Below are positions 48,524 through 58,806 of a stretch of DNA of 64,000 nt, piece after piece. The position numbers and the translations under genes are program-made. The notes under the pieces were generated by a model. The model did not search any database. It was not told where the DNA came from and saw only the letters and a list, made by a program, of their open reading frames with translations. Positions within the stretch are counted from its first letter, which is position 1. The number at the start of each line of letters is the position of its first letter. Origin of the DNA: Longimicrobiales bacterium (GTDB taxonomy: Bacteria > Gemmatimonadota > Gemmatimonadetes > Longimicrobiales > Gaopeijiaceae); the NCBI GenBank assembly GCA_965248195.1, contig CBDFIQ010000002.1, forward strand, positions 2,048,001 through 2,112,000. The letters run 5' to 3'.

Positions 48524-49910
48524 GATCGGCACGGCCCTGCGACTTGCGCATGGTCTGGCCGACGAAGTAACCGATGAGCCGTGTTTCCCCGGATCGGTAC
48601 CGCTCGACCTCGTCGGAATTTTCCTCGATGACGGCGTCTACCCAGGCGTTGAGCTCATCGGAGTCTTGGACTTGCGAAAGCCCCTCCGTCTCGATGATCT
48701 CCCGTGCGGTCTTGCCAGAATCGACCATCTGACCGAGAACCCTCCGGCCCATGCTGCCCGAGACCGTACCGTCGTCCACCAGCCCGATCAGCTCGGCCAA
48801 GCCCTGCGGGGTTATTCCCAGGTTCTCCACCGACCGCTGAACGCGATTGGCCTCCTTCAGTAGCGGCCCTTTCACCCAATTGGCCGCGGCCTTGGCTTGG
48901 CCCACGACCGTTACGAGGACCTCGAAATAGTCGGCCAGTGAACGCGACGCGATGAGTACCTCTACGTCGCGGCCGTCGAGATCGTGTTCCTCCATGAGCC
49001 GTATCCGCCGCTGGGCGGGGAGTTCGGGGAGCTCGGCTTCCAACCGGCGGATTCGTTCGGCGTCGAACCGGACGGGGGGCAGGTCGGGGTCCGGGAAATA
49101 ACGATAGTCGTGGCTCTCTTCCTTGGACCGCATCGACCGTAGGGTGCCGTCTCGCTCATCCCAGAGGAGCGTTTCCTGGACGATCTCTCCGCCCGCGTCG
49201 AGGATTGCGGCCTGCCGCTTGGCCTCGGCCACAACAGAACGTTCCACCGCCGAAAAGGAGTTGAGGTTCTTGACTTCCGTCTTCACGCCGTACCCCTCGG
49301 CGCCCTCCGGCCGGAGCGACATGTTCGCGTCGACTCGAAGACTGCCCTCCTCCATGTTACAGTCGCTGACGTCCAGGTATTCGAGCGTGCGCTTGAGCTC
49401 CTGGAGGAAGGTCCTCGCTTGAGCCGGGGTACGCAGGTCCGGCTCGGTCACGATCTCGATGAGGGGCACACCCGTCCGGTTGAGGTCCACCGCAGTTCCC
49501 TCGGGAATGCGATCATGAATCGACTTTCCCGCGTCCTCCTCCAGATGAATGCGCCGGATTCGGATGGGGCGGGTCCCGTTGTCGGACCGCACCGAAACGA
49601 TGCCTTCGCTCGCCAGCGGCTCGGAGAACTGGGTGATCTGATATCCCTTCGGAAGATCGGGATAGAAGTAGCTTTTCCGGGCGAAGACACTCACCTCGTT
49701 CACCCGGCAATCCAGACCGAGGGCCGCGATGATCGCCAAATCGACGGCTTCGCTATTGAGCACCGGGAGGGCCCCGGGAAGACCCAAGCAGACCGGGCAC
49801 ACCTGGCTGTTGGGCGGCTCGCCGAAGGCGGTACCATCGGAGCAGAAGAGCTTTTCGGCCGTGCGGAGCTGCACGTGGACCTCCAGGCCGATCACCATCT
49901 CCCAACTCAT
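48480..49910 (-). CDS. gatB: Asp/Glu-tRNA amidotransferase subunit B
   Basis: IGLEVHVQL, YFYPDLPKGYQITQ, HLEEDAGK, EGSLRVDAN-S and YRYFPDPDL. Confidence 0.97.
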   Translation of the reverse strand: MSWEMVIGLEVHVQLRTAEKLFCSDGTAFGEPPNSQVCPVCLGLPGALPVLNSEAVDLAIIAALGLDCRVNEVSVFARKSYFYPDLPKGYQITQFSEPLASEGIVSVRSDNGTRPIRIRRIHLEEDAGKSIHDRIPEGTAVDLNRTGVPLIEIVTEPDLRTPAQARTFLQELKRTLEYLDVSDCNMEEGSLRVDANMSLRPEGAEGYGVKTEVKNLNSFSAVERSVVAEAKRQAAILDAGGEIVQETLLWDERDGTLRSMRSKEESHDYRYFPDPDLPPVRFDAERIRRLEAELPELPAQRRIRLMEEHDLDGRDVEVLIASRSLADYFEVLVTVVGQAKAAANWVKGPLLKEANRVQRSVENLGITPQGLAELIGLVDDGTVSGSMGRRVLGQMVDSGKTAREIIETEGLSQVQDSDELNAWVDAVIEENSDEVERYRSGETRLIGYFVGQTMRKSQGRADPKALSALLRARLDE

Positions 49911-49940
49911 ACGCCCCCCCCCATCAATCGCCATCTCGCA

Positions 49941-51371
49941 TTACCCATCCCTATCGCCGCTCTTCAGGGCGGCTTCCAAAGCGAAAGCCACGCGGAACAG
50001 CGTCGCCTCTCTCCACATAGGGGCGAGCAACTGGCCACCCACTGGAAGTCCATCGGAGGTACCGACCGGAACGGAGATGGCCGGGAGTCCGGCGAGGTTG
50101 GCGGTGACGGTAAATACATCGGCCAGATACATCTGGAGTGGATCTTGGACCCTCTCGCCCAACGGAAAGGCAACGGTCGGCGAGGTGGGCGTGAAAAGGA
50201 CGTCGACCCCTTCGCCGAAGACCGTCTCGAAGTCGGCTGACACCAAGCTTCGGGCACGTTGAGCGCGGCCGTAGTATTGATCGTGGTAGCCCGCCGTCAA
50301 AGCGAAGGTGCCGAGTAGAATCCGACGCTTGACCTCCCGCCCGAAACCGGCCGTGCGCGTACGCTCATACATCTCACCCAGGTCTTCCCCGGCGCTGTCC
50401 CTGAAGCCATACCTAACGCCGTCGAAACGCGCCAGGTTACTGGACGCCTCTGCGTTGGCGATAACATAATAAGCCGACAAGGCGTAGACCGTGTGTGGGA
50501 GTGAGACCTTACGGATTCGGGCGCCGTTCGCTTCCAGGGCATCGAGCGCAGCCTGGCACCTCGCCTCCACACCGGGCGCTAGTGCGTCGCCGAAGTACTC
50601 GGCGGGTACTCCCACGACCAGGCCCTCGGTGCCGGCATCACGGTCCTCCGAGAAGTCCGGCACGGGCCGATCGACCGACGTCGAATCCCGTGGATCGTGA
50701 CCCGCTACGACTTGGAGGAGTTCGGCCGCGTCCGCCACAGTGGCTCCGAACATTCCGACCTGATCCAAAGAAGACGCGAAGGCCACCAGCCCGTACCGGC
50801 TCACCCGACCGTACGTGGGCTTGACGCCGACCACGCCGCAAAAGGAGGCGGGCTGGCGGACCGACCCGCCAGTATCTGATCCGAGTGCCCCGGGAACGAT
50901 GCCCGCCGCGACCGCCGCCGCCGATCCCCCAGAGCTCCCACCCGGCACACGGGCGGGATCACGTGGATTGCGCACGGGCCCGTAGGCCGAGTTTTCAGTG
51001 GAAGACCCCATGGCGAACTCGTCCAGGTTGGTCTTCCCGACGATGACGGCGCCCTCCTCTTGCAAACGCCGCACCACGGTCGCCTCGTACGGGGACCGAT
51101 AGCCCTCGAGGATCTTTGACCCACAGGTCGTAGGAAACCCCGCGGCGGCCAGATTGTCCTTGACGGCGACGGGAACACCGGAGAGCCGTCCGCCATCCCT
51201 GGGAACCTCCAGCGCCAAAGCCTCGGAATCGGACAGCGCGGCGAGAAAGGCGTTCAGTCCCTTCGACCCTCCGTTCTGCTCATGAAGCCGGGCGACGGCC
51301 GCCCTGGCTGGTTCTGCGGCGTCCACACGACCTTCCCGGACCGCTTCGGATATTGAAGCGATGTCGGTCAC
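49941..51371 (-). CDS. gatA: Asp/Glu-tRNA amidotransferase subunit A
   Basis: [35 protein letters not shown] and FG-EVKRRI. Confidence 0.97.
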   Translation of the reverse strand: MTDIASISEAVREGRVDAAEPARAAVARLHEQNGGSKGLNAFLAALSDSEALALEVPRDGGRLSGVPVAVKDNLAAAGFPTTCGSKILEGYRSPYEATVVRRLQEEGAVIVGKTNLDEFAMGSSTENSAYGPVRNPRDPARVPGGSSGGSAAAVAAGIVPGALGSDTGGSVRQPASFCGVVGVKPTYGRVSRYGLVAFASSLDQVGMFGATVADAAELLQVVAGHDPRDSTSVDRPVPDFSEDRDAGTEGLVVGVPAEYFGDALAPGVEARCQAALDALEANGARIRKVSLPHTVYALSAYYVIANAEASSNLARFDGVRYGFRDSAGEDLGEMYERTRTAGFGREVKRRILLGTFALTAGYHDQYYGRAQRARSLVSADFETVFGEGVDVLFTPTSPTVAFPLGERVQDPLQMYLADVFTVTANLAGLPAISVPVGTSDGLPVGGQLLAPMWREATLFRVAFALEAALKSGDRDG

Positions 51372-51688
51372 GGAGTGCCTCCCGGATCGTCCGCCCCACC
51401 AAGCGACGGCGGAGAGGGCACCACGAAGAACCCGTCCCTGAAGTCGGGCGCGGAATCAGTGAGCGGACGCGCCATCGGGTCGGGTGGGATTTGGCCGGCT
51501 TCTCGTTCCGGAGCCTCCGCCGGCCCCAATTCGAGTCGCCCTCCACCGGGCACTTGCAGGGAGGCGAGCTTATCTACGTACTCGAGAATCTGGCTCAGAT
51601 CGTGGGAGAGGGCCTCGGACTCCGAGTCGGTGAGTCGGAGTCGGGCCAAAGTCGCAATCCGGAGGATCTCTTCGCGGGTGATCGACAC
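51368..51688 (-). CDS. gatC: Asp/Glu-tRNA amidotransferase subunit C
   Basis: I--EE---IA-LARL, L--IL-YV--L and AP----GFF-VP. Confidence 0.92.
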   Translation of the reverse strand: MSITREEILRIATLARLRLTDSESEALSHDLSQILEYVDKLASLQVPGGGRLELGPAEAPEREAGQIPPDPMARPLTDSAPDFRDGFFVVPSPPSLGGADDPGGTP

Positions 51689-51701
51689 GGTGGCCCTCCG
51701 G

Positions 51702-53978
51702 TCAGTCGAAATCGCGGCGAAGGCCGGCGTACCTGACCAGGAGCCGCTTCGTGCCGACGGTATCGAAGTGGACCGTGACCTTCAGATCCCGACCAAAGCC
51801 CGCCACTTCACCCACGGTCCCCGAACCAAAGGTGTCGTGCACAACCGCCTCACCCTTCACGAAGCGTGGCAGATCCTGGTTGAGTCCAGCGTCAAACACC
51901 AGATCGTCGTCACCCAACCCGAGGTCGATCGACTTGCCCCTATTCGGGCGGACGGCCCGGCCGCCCGAATACGCACCGCCTTCGCTCACGAGCGCAGTGG
52001 CGACCTTTTCGACGAGGTCCAGGGGGATCGCGTCGACGAACGGCGACAGCCGGCCAACCATCACTTCACCGGCACGCCGGCGGCGGCGGGAGTGGGTCAG
52101 GTAGAGCTTGTTTTGGGCGCGCGTGATTCCGACATAGAAGAGACGCCGCTCCTCCTCGAGCTCAGACGGATTATCGTAGGCACGGCCGAGGGGAAAGAGC
52201 CCGTCCTCGAGGCCGGAGATGAACACGACGGGAAACTCAAGGCCTTTGGCATTGTGTAGGGTCATCAACGTGACTGCGTCCGCATCCGGATCATGGCGGT
52301 CCACGTCGGCCACGAGTGCCACCTGTTGAAGAAATAGATCGAGCTCCGTGAAGTGATCCAACGTCTCGCCCTCGAGTTCCTCTTGCAGCTCCACATTGTA
52401 GTCCAGCGCACCGGCGATCAATTCGCGAGCGTTGTCCGCCCGATCCTCTCCCTCCGGGCCTTCGTCCGCAAGGTGCCGGAAAAGGTCCAGCTCATCCACG
52501 AGGCTCTCCAGCAACTCCCCGACCCGCATCTGGGACGCCAACCCGGAATGTCTCTGCACCAGGGCGGCGAAGGCGACAAGACCCCTTACACCTCCCTTGG
52601 GAATCTCGGGTGCCTCATCGGCCCGGGCAGCCGCTTCGAGAAGGCTGATCCCTTCGACGTCGGCCCAGGCCGAGAGCCGCTCCAGCGACGTATTGCCGAC
52701 GCCGCGTCTCGGGTAGTTGACGACCCTCTCGAAGGCGCCCGCATCCAACGGATTGGAGATGAGCCTCAGGTAGGCCAGAACGTCCTGGATCTCCCGGCGC
52801 TCATAGAACCGAACACCCCCCACGATCTGGTAGGGTAGACCGCGCCGCCGGAACACGTCCTCCAGTGCGCGTGACTGCGCATTCGTGCGATAGAGGACCG
52901 ACATCTCTCGGTACACCAGTCCCGGTCCCTCAGACACACGGGCCTCGATCTGGTCCGCGATCCAGCGGGCTTCGTCCGTCTCACTGGAAGTCGTCACCAA
53001 CGTGATTCGCTCGCCGCCCGTTCGATCCGTTCGAAGCGTCTTACCCTTACGGTCGACGTTCTCCGCGATGACGGCGTTCGCGGCGGAGAGGATCACCTCG
53101 GTGGAACGGTAGTTTTGCTCCAACCGGATCGTGTGGGCACCCGAGAACGCCGTCTCGAAATCGAGAATATTCCTGATGTCCGCGCCGCGCCATCCGTAAA
53201 TACTCTGGTCGTCATCCCCGACGACCATGAGGTTTCGGTGCTCGGACGCCAGAAGCTCCACGAAACGAAACTGGGCTCGGTTCGTATCCTGATACTCGTC
53301 CACGAGAAGGAAGTGGAAGCGGCTTCGATACATTGCCAGCAATTCAGCGTTGGACTCCAACAGCTCGACGGGCTTCACCAGCAGATCATCGAAATCGAAC
53401 GCGTTCTGCGTGCGGAGCGACATCTGGTATGCGGGATACACCTTGGCCACATTCTGGGCGAAGACGTCGAAGCCCTGGGCGTACTCTTCGACGAACTCCT
53501 CGGGGCCGATGAGTTGATTCTTGGCGCTGCTGAGATGGCCGCGAATCGCCTTGGGACTCCACCGTCGAGTGTCCAGACCCACGTCTTCCGTCGTCCTCTT
53601 GATCAGCCTGAGGCTTTGCTCGGCGTCGAAGATCGTAAAGGTGTTGCTCCACCCCAGTAGCGGCGCGTAGCGCCGCAGCATCCGGGCTCCGAGGGCATGG
53701 AAGGTGCCGGTCCACATCCCCTTCGGCGCCTCGCCCAGCAGGTTCGAGATGCGGTCTCGAAGTTCGCCCGCCGCCTTGTTCGTGAACGTAACGGCGAGGA
53801 TGCGATCGGGTGGGACGCCCCTTTCATGAATGAGGTGGGCGATTCGGGTGGTTAGGACCCGTGTTTTTCCCGATCCCGCCCCCGCTAAGACCAGCAGCGG
53901 ACCCTCGAAGTGGTCTACGGCTTCTCGCTGTTCACGGTTCAACTGCTCCAGATACGCATCGGATAGGGTGTTGGGCAT
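51702..53978 (-). CDS. pcrA: ATP-dependent DNA helicase PcrA/UvrD
   Basis: AGAGSGKT, TFTNKAA, DEYQDTN, GDDDQSIY-WRGA, NYRST, LYRTNAQSR, H-AKGLEF and EERRLFYV; C-terminal Tudor-like H--FG-G. Confidence 0.96.
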   Translation of the reverse strand: MPNTLSDAYLEQLNREQREAVDHFEGPLLVLAGAGSGKTRVLTTRIAHLIHERGVPPDRILAVTFTNKAAGELRDRISNLLGEAPKGMWTGTFHALGARMLRRYAPLLGWSNTFTIFDAEQSLRLIKRTTEDVGLDTRRWSPKAIRGHLSSAKNQLIGPEEFVEEYAQGFDVFAQNVAKVYPAYQMSLRTQNAFDFDDLLVKPVELLESNAELLAMYRSRFHFLLVDEYQDTNRAQFRFVELLASEHRNLMVVGDDDQSIYGWRGADIRNILDFETAFSGAHTIRLEQNYRSTEVILSAANAVIAENVDRKGKTLRTDRTGGERITLVTTSSETDEARWIADQIEARVSEGPGLVYREMSVLYRTNAQSRALEDVFRRRGLPYQIVGGVRFYERREIQDVLAYLRLISNPLDAGAFERVVNYPRRGVGNTSLERLSAWADVEGISLLEAAARADEAPEIPKGGVRGLVAFAALVQRHSGLASQMRVGELLESLVDELDLFRHLADEGPEGEDRADNARELIAGALDYNVELQEELEGETLDHFTELDLFLQQVALVADVDRHDPDADAVTLMTLHNAKGLEFPVVFISGLEDGLFPLGRAYDNPSELEEERRLFYVGITRAQNKLYLTHSRRRRRAGEVMVGRLSPFVDAIPLDLVEKVATALVSEGGAYSGGRAVRPNRGKSIDLGLGDDDLVFDAGLNQDLPRFVKGEAVVHDTFGSGTVGEVAGFGRDLKVTVHFDTVGTKRLLVRYAGLRRDFD

Positions 53979-54037
53979 GACCGACCGTGATCGATTCCGT
54001 GGTGAGGGATGTGTCCTGGATCAGGCTCTGGTTACGC

Positions 54038-55255
54038 CTACGCCGTCGGGAGCCTGATTTCGAAAATGGCGCCCTCTCCCTCGGTGTTCAGGAGGAAGAT
54101 ATGCCCCTTGTGCGTCACTTCAATGATGCGACGTGACAGCGTGAGACCAACCCCCCAACCCCGGGCCTTCCCGGTCACACCGGGATCGAAGATCGTGTCA
54201 CGCACCTCCGGATCGACGCCCGGCCCCGTGTCCTGGATGCGAAGGTGAAGCCAACCGGACGGACCTCTTCTGACCTTGAGCCGGATCTCCCCCCCCCTTC
54301 CGGCCAACGCGTCGAGTGCGTTCTTCACCACGTTCTCGAGTGCCCACGAGAGTAGAACCTCACTCCCGAGGATCTCGGGCATGTCTTTCGGGACATCCAC
54401 GACCAGGAGAACGCCCGACGCGAGCCGTGGGAGACGGGCTTGCAGGTACTGCTCCAGGTCTCGAACGACCTCCCGGATGTCGAGGGTCTCGAGGTCCGGG
54501 TCTCGACCTATGAGCTCGAACCGGTGGCTTATCCGTTCGAGACGCACCAAGTCCTCTTCCACTCCCGCGTTGACCGCATCGCCCTCCAACCCCTCGGGCC
54601 TCTCCTCTGCTGGAAGACTCATGAGTTCCAGCCAACCCTGTAAGGAGGAGATTGGCGTACCGAGCTGGTGCGCCAGCTCTCTGGCCATTGCAGTCCAGGC
54701 CTTGTCCTGCTCCGCCCTCCGCTGATACCGGATGACCAGGAACCCGATGAGCGCCGTGAGCATCAGCCCACTGGCTTGAAGCCAAGGGATCCAACGGAGG
54801 CGCGAAAGTTGCGGCGTGTCCCCGAAGTAGAGCAGGTCCCCCGCAGCCCCCCTCATTGGCTCGCGGCCCTCTGCTTCGAGCCCGCGCACGAGCGCCTTCA
54901 CCAGCTCCTGCCCCTGGGGCGTGAAAATGTCGGTATCGAACGGCAGGTTCTCCACGGATAGGACGCTGTCCGCCGGGCTGATCCAGATCATCGGAATTCC
55001 CGATCGAATGATCACCTCTTGAAGCTCGAAGAGCGGGTTCTCGAACCCACGCACATTTCGCAGGCGTCCACCAGCGTCCGACGTCTCCGACCCGCCCGTG
55101 TCCTGAATGAGCTCCTGCACGATGCTGAAAACCTCACTCGTCAGTGCTTGGTTCTCGTTGAGTCCAACCAGGAGCGATTGGGTGTAGATCAGGTACCACC
55201 CGAAGAGGACCAGGAAAAGCGTGGCCAGTGCGACGGGCCACCTGATGCGGATCAT
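54038..55255 (-). CDS. Membrane sensor histidine kinase
   Basis: Two TMs; H-box MARELAHQLGTP, N-box ENVVKNALDA, DTGPG and GWGVGL. Confidence 0.93.
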   Translation of the reverse strand: MIRIRWPVALATLFLVLFGWYLIYTQSLLVGLNENQALTSEVFSIVQELIQDTGGSETSDAGGRLRNVRGFENPLFELQEVIIRSGIPMIWISPADSVLSVENLPFDTDIFTPQGQELVKALVRGLEAEGREPMRGAAGDLLYFGDTPQLSRLRWIPWLQASGLMLTALIGFLVIRYQRRAEQDKAWTAMARELAHQLGTPISSLQGWLELMSLPAEERPEGLEGDAVNAGVEEDLVRLERISHRFELIGRDPDLETLDIREVVRDLEQYLQARLPRLASGVLLVVDVPKDMPEILGSEVLLSWALENVVKNALDALAGRGGEIRLKVRRGPSGWLHLRIQDTGPGVDPEVRDTIFDPGVTGKARGWGVGLTLSRRIIEVTHKGHIFLLNTEGEGAIFEIRLPTA

Positions 55256-55273
55256 GGCGTCACCGCTTTCACA

Positions 55274-56590
55274 TTACTCAGCGATGGGATGCTTCGGCTC
55301 GATGACTGCTACGCCAAGCCGCTCTCGAAGCGTTTCCGGCACCTGCACAGTGCCGTCGGCCTTTTGGTAGTTCTCTATCAACGCCACGATGAGCCGAGGA
55401 AGGGCAAGGGCCGATCCGTTGAGGGTGTGCACGAAGCGAGGCTTTTCGCCGCCCGAGGGACGGTAACGGAGGTTGGCCCTCCGCGCCTGGAAGTCGCCGC
55501 ACACGCTACAGCTCGATACCTCGAGCCACTGCCCGACACCCGGCGCCCAAACCTCGATGTCGTAGGTCATCTCGGCGGAGAACCCGAGGTCTCCGGCCGC
55601 GAGTTTCAGAACCCGATAGTGCAGACCCAATTTATCGAGAATGTTTTCCGCTTCTCCCGTGAGCTCCTCCAGCGCATCCCTACTGCGTTCGGGAGTTTCA
55701 TAACGCACCAACTCCACCTTGTCGAACTGATGCACTCGCAGCAGTCCTCGGGTGTCGGCACCGGCCGCGCCGGCTTCACGACGAAAGCAGGGGCTGTAAG
55801 CCACATAACGAACGGGCAGATCATCGACGGACAAAATCTCATCCCGATGAAGGTTGGTGACCGGTACCTCAGCGGTCGGGATCAGCCAAAGGTCGTCGCG
55901 TTCGGTCTGGTACGACTCATCCGTAAATTTGGGAAGCTGGCCCGTCCCCGAAAGTGTATCCCGCGTCACCAGGTACGGCACCCGCAACTCGGTGTACCCA
56001 TGCCACCCCTTATCTTCGAGGAGGCCCTGCGTGTGAAGATCGAGCATGAACTCGATGAGACATCGCTGGAGTCTGGCGCCCATGCCCGCGAGGACCGGGA
56101 AGCCCGAACCAGAGATCTTTGAGCCTCTTTCGAGGTCCAGGAGCCCGAGGCTCGATCCCAAGTCCCAATGTGGCTTGGGCTCGAAGTCGAACTCAGGAGG
56201 TGAGCCAACCACGCGCACGATTTCGTTCTGCTCGACACCTCCGGAAGGCACCTCATCGAGGGGGAGATTCGGGGTCAGCAGCATCAACTCCCGAATTCGC
56301 TCCTCGGCGTGTGCGACCTCCTCATCGATCTCAGAAATCCGTGCGCCTACTTCCCGCATCTCGACGATCATCTGGTCGGCTTCGCCGCCGTCGCGCTTGA
56401 TCCGACCGACCTCTTTGGAGACTTCGTTGCGCTGAGCTTTGAGATCGTTCACCTCGCTGAGCGCCAACCGGCGGCGTCCGTCCAACACCAGGATCTCGTC
56501 GAGGGAGTCCACGAGGCCCTCCGTCGCCCTCCGCTCAACGGCGGATCTTACAGTGTCGGGTTCGCTTCGGAGCCGCCGAATGTCGAGCAC
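55274..56590 (-). CDS. serS: Serine--tRNA ligase
   Basis: N-terminal coiled coil, TGQLPKF, PTAEVP, FRREAG, R-HQF-KVE, EVSSCS and TLNGS; GTG start at 56590. Confidence 0.97.
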   Translation of the reverse strand: MLDIRRLRSEPDTVRSAVERRATEGLVDSLDEILVLDGRRRLALSEVNDLKAQRNEVSKEVGRIKRDGGEADQMIVEMREVGARISEIDEEVAHAEERIRELMLLTPNLPLDEVPSGGVEQNEIVRVVGSPPEFDFEPKPHWDLGSSLGLLDLERGSKISGSGFPVLAGMGARLQRCLIEFMLDLHTQGLLEDKGWHGYTELRVPYLVTRDTLSGTGQLPKFTDESYQTERDDLWLIPTAEVPVTNLHRDEILSVDDLPVRYVAYSPCFRREAGAAGADTRGLLRVHQFDKVELVRYETPERSRDALEELTGEAENILDKLGLHYRVLKLAAGDLGFSAEMTYDIEVWAPGVGQWLEVSSCSVCGDFQARRANLRYRPSGGEKPRFVHTLNGSALALPRLIVALIENYQKADGTVQVPETLRERLGVAVIEPKHPIAE

Positions 56591-56591
56591 G

Positions 56592-57179
56592 TCACCCGTC
56601 TTCGGGGATAAGCCCACGATCGTCGCAAAGCCTGCTCACATCGTAGACGAATCGTACGGTTCCAAGGGCAGGCTCGACTTCCAGTGGCTGGAGTTTCCCG
56701 AAGAAGCGGCATGGAAGCCCAAATCGGTCGCGGCCCTGATGGGTCCTCACCACATACACGCTGGTTGTCTCAACAGGAAGGGGAAGGTTCACCGAATACA
56801 GAGTGGTATCTTTCGGCGCCCGGATCACGTCGTCAAAGGCCATACCCGGGAGCGACAAGACTCTCGCTTCGCTGGTGATGCCAAGGGCACCCGGCGGAAG
56901 AAACACCAATTGGCCGTCTTGTGTATCGAGGAGCAAGTCCCATGCACCGGTCGCCCCGGCCGCTTGGATCTCAACCGCGAGCCGGTTCACGAAGTCGAAC
57001 CCGGAGGGAAGATTGAGCTCCGGACGAGCCAGCGAATAGATGAGGACCGTATCGACCCTCGCCACAGTCCATTTCTGCTCGAAAATGTTCTCTCCGCAAC
57101 CGTTCAAACCCAGGACTGAAGCGAAAAAAAACACCAACAGGTGGAGCGGCCGGGATCTGGATGGGAAAGGTCTGTTCAC
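56592..57179 (-). CDS. Hypothetical lipoprotein (HmuY-like beta fold possible)
   Basis: Lipobox LNGC; WDL, VYVVRT, GKL and VRF-Y segments. Confidence 0.7.
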   Translation of the reverse strand: MNRPFPSRSRPLHLLVFFFASVLGLNGCGENIFEQKWTVARVDTVLIYSLARPELNLPSGFDFVNRLAVEIQAAGATGAWDLLLDTQDGQLVFLPPGALGITSEARVLSLPGMAFDDVIRAPKDTTLYSVNLPLPVETTSVYVVRTHQGRDRFGLPCRFFGKLQPLEVEPALGTVRFVYDVSRLCDDRGLIPEDG

Positions 57180-57273
57180 TGGGACGAGTCAGGAGACGAT
57201 TCAGGGCTGCCCGAAGGCACCAAGGCTACGCGAATCAAGGGGGCGCTGTCAACGCTCCAAGCGTTGAAGTTCC

Positions 57274-57303
57274 TTGACTTCTACACCATTTGCCGGGTAG
57301 GTT
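57274..57303 (+). promoter_or_regulatory. Putative sigma70-type promoter of the response regulator-manC operon
   Basis: TTGACT-18 nt-TAGGTT. Confidence 0.45.
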
Positions 57304-57341
57304 CCCGCGCCGACATCGCTCCAAAAAGGGGCCGAAATTTC

Positions 57342-57743
57342 ATGCAACCAGCGGCGCAACGCTCCACAACACGTGGGCGCATTCTGATCGCCGACGACGA
57401 GCCTCATATCCGCCGTATCCTGCAGACCCTACTTGAGATGGCCGGGTTCGAGGTCGACCTCAGGCTCGATGGTACCGATGCGCTCGAAGCTGTCCAAGGG
57501 GGTGATCATTACGATCTGATCCTTCTGGATATCATGATGCCCGGAGCCACCGGCCTGGAGGTCCTCGGAAAGATCCGTGGCATGGAGGCAAGAAAATCTA
57601 CTCCAGTCGTGATTCTCACCGCCAAAGGCCAAGACGCGGACCGGCAAGCCGCTTTCTCTTTAGGGGCGGACGACTTTCTCACCAAGCCCTTCAGCCCAAA
57701 GAAGCTCCTTGCCAGAATCCACCAGATCATCGAAGGGGACTGA
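57342..57743 (+). CDS. Single-domain response regulator (receiver only)
   Basis: ILIADDE, LLDIMMP, LTA and KPF; no output domain; start at ATG 57342. Confidence 0.92.
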   Translation: MQPAAQRSTTRGRILIADDEPHIRRILQTLLEMAGFEVDLRLDGTDALEAVQGGDHYDLILLDIMMPGATGLEVLGKIRGMEARKSTPVVILTAKGQDADRQAAFSLGADDFLTKPFSPKKLLARIHQIIEGD

Positions 57744-58806
57744 TCCTCACGTCTACGTCACGATCCTCGCTGGCGGGATCGGCAGTCGTTTTTGGCCAGC
57801 AAGTACACCCGGCCGGCCAAAGCAGCTACTTCCCCTCGCCTCCGATGAGCCTCTGATCGTCGATACCATAAACCGGGCTCTCGGTCTCGTGCCGGAAGAG
57901 CGGATCCGCATTCTCGCACCGGATCGCCTCAGGGAGCCGATCCTGGCGGTCCTTCCCAACCTCGGCCATGAAGCATTCATGGTCGAGCCGCAGGCGCGGG
58001 GCACCGGCCCGGTGCTGGCCTGGGCAGCATGGGAGATCGCAAAGATCGACCCGGCGGCGGTGATCGTTTCACTCCACGCTGACCATATCATCGAACCCAA
58101 GGCCGCCTTCCTGCAGCTCTTGCGTGACGCCGCCGGCCTGGCGCAAAAGACCGACCGTCTGTTCACGGTTTCGGTCCTTCCGAGCCGCCCCGAGACGGGT
58201 TACGGATACATCGAGCCCGGTGAGCCACTCGTTGCGCCCGCGGGCGTTCGGGCGTTCGAGGTCGGTGCGTTCCATGAGAAACCGGACCTCGAGACGGCAC
58301 GCCGCTACATCGACGAGGGGCACCTTTGGAACAGCGGCATTTTCGTGTGGACCGCCTCGACGTTTTTGAGTGAAGTAAAGATGGTGGCACCCGAGATCGG
58401 TGATCTTCTTCCGCTCGTCGATGAATCCCCTGAAGCGTTTTTCGCCCAGGTGCCCAACCTCACGGTCGACGTAGCGGTGCTGGAGCGGAGCGCGAGCGTG
58501 GCGTCCGTCACGGCCACATTCGCATGGGACGACGTGGGTAGCTGGGAGGGCCTTACCCGAAGCCGCCAAGCCGATCCCAACGGGAACGTGATCTTGGGTT
58601 CCGGTCACATCGTGGACGGGAAGGGAAACGTCATCTATGCGGAGGGTGGCACGGTCACGACATTCGGCGTGGACGATCTGGTGGTCGTGCAGTGCGGCGA
58701 AATCACTCTGGTCACTACCACAGAGCGGGCACCTGGCCTGAAACGCTTTCTCGCACAACTCCCCGCCTCGGTGCGTGAGCCGACAACCCCGGGGGGAAAC
58801 GCCTGA
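57709..58806 (+). CDS. manC: Mannose-1-phosphate guanylyltransferase (no PMI domain)
   Basis: ILAGG-GSRFWP-S----PKQ, EP--RGT, ADH-I, PETGYGYI, F-EKP, WNSGIF and WDDVGSW; start uncertain (TTG, 35-bp overlap with the response regulator). Confidence 0.9.
   Translation: MPESTRSSKGTDPHVYVTILAGGIGSRFWPASTPGRPKQLLPLASDEPLIVDTINRALGLVPEERIRILAPDRLREPILAVLPNLGHEAFMVEPQARGTGPVLAWAAWEIAKIDPAAVIVSLHADHIIEPKAAFLQLLRDAAGLAQKTDRLFTVSVLPSRPETGYGYIEPGEPLVAPAGVRAFEVGAFHEKPDLETARRYIDEGHLWNSGIFVWTASTFLSEVKMVAPEIGDLLPLVDESPEAFFAQVPNLTVDVAVLERSASVASVTATFAWDDVGSWEGLTRSRQADPNGNVILGSGHIVDGKGNVIYAEGGTVTTFGVDDLVVVQCGEITLVTTTERAPGLKRFLAQLPASVREPTTPGGNA

Noticed and set aside
57720..57760. Possible frameshift fusion of the response regulator and manC
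   Set aside because: The receiver domain is complete with its own stop, there is no slippery sequence, and an upstream TTG start accounts for manC.
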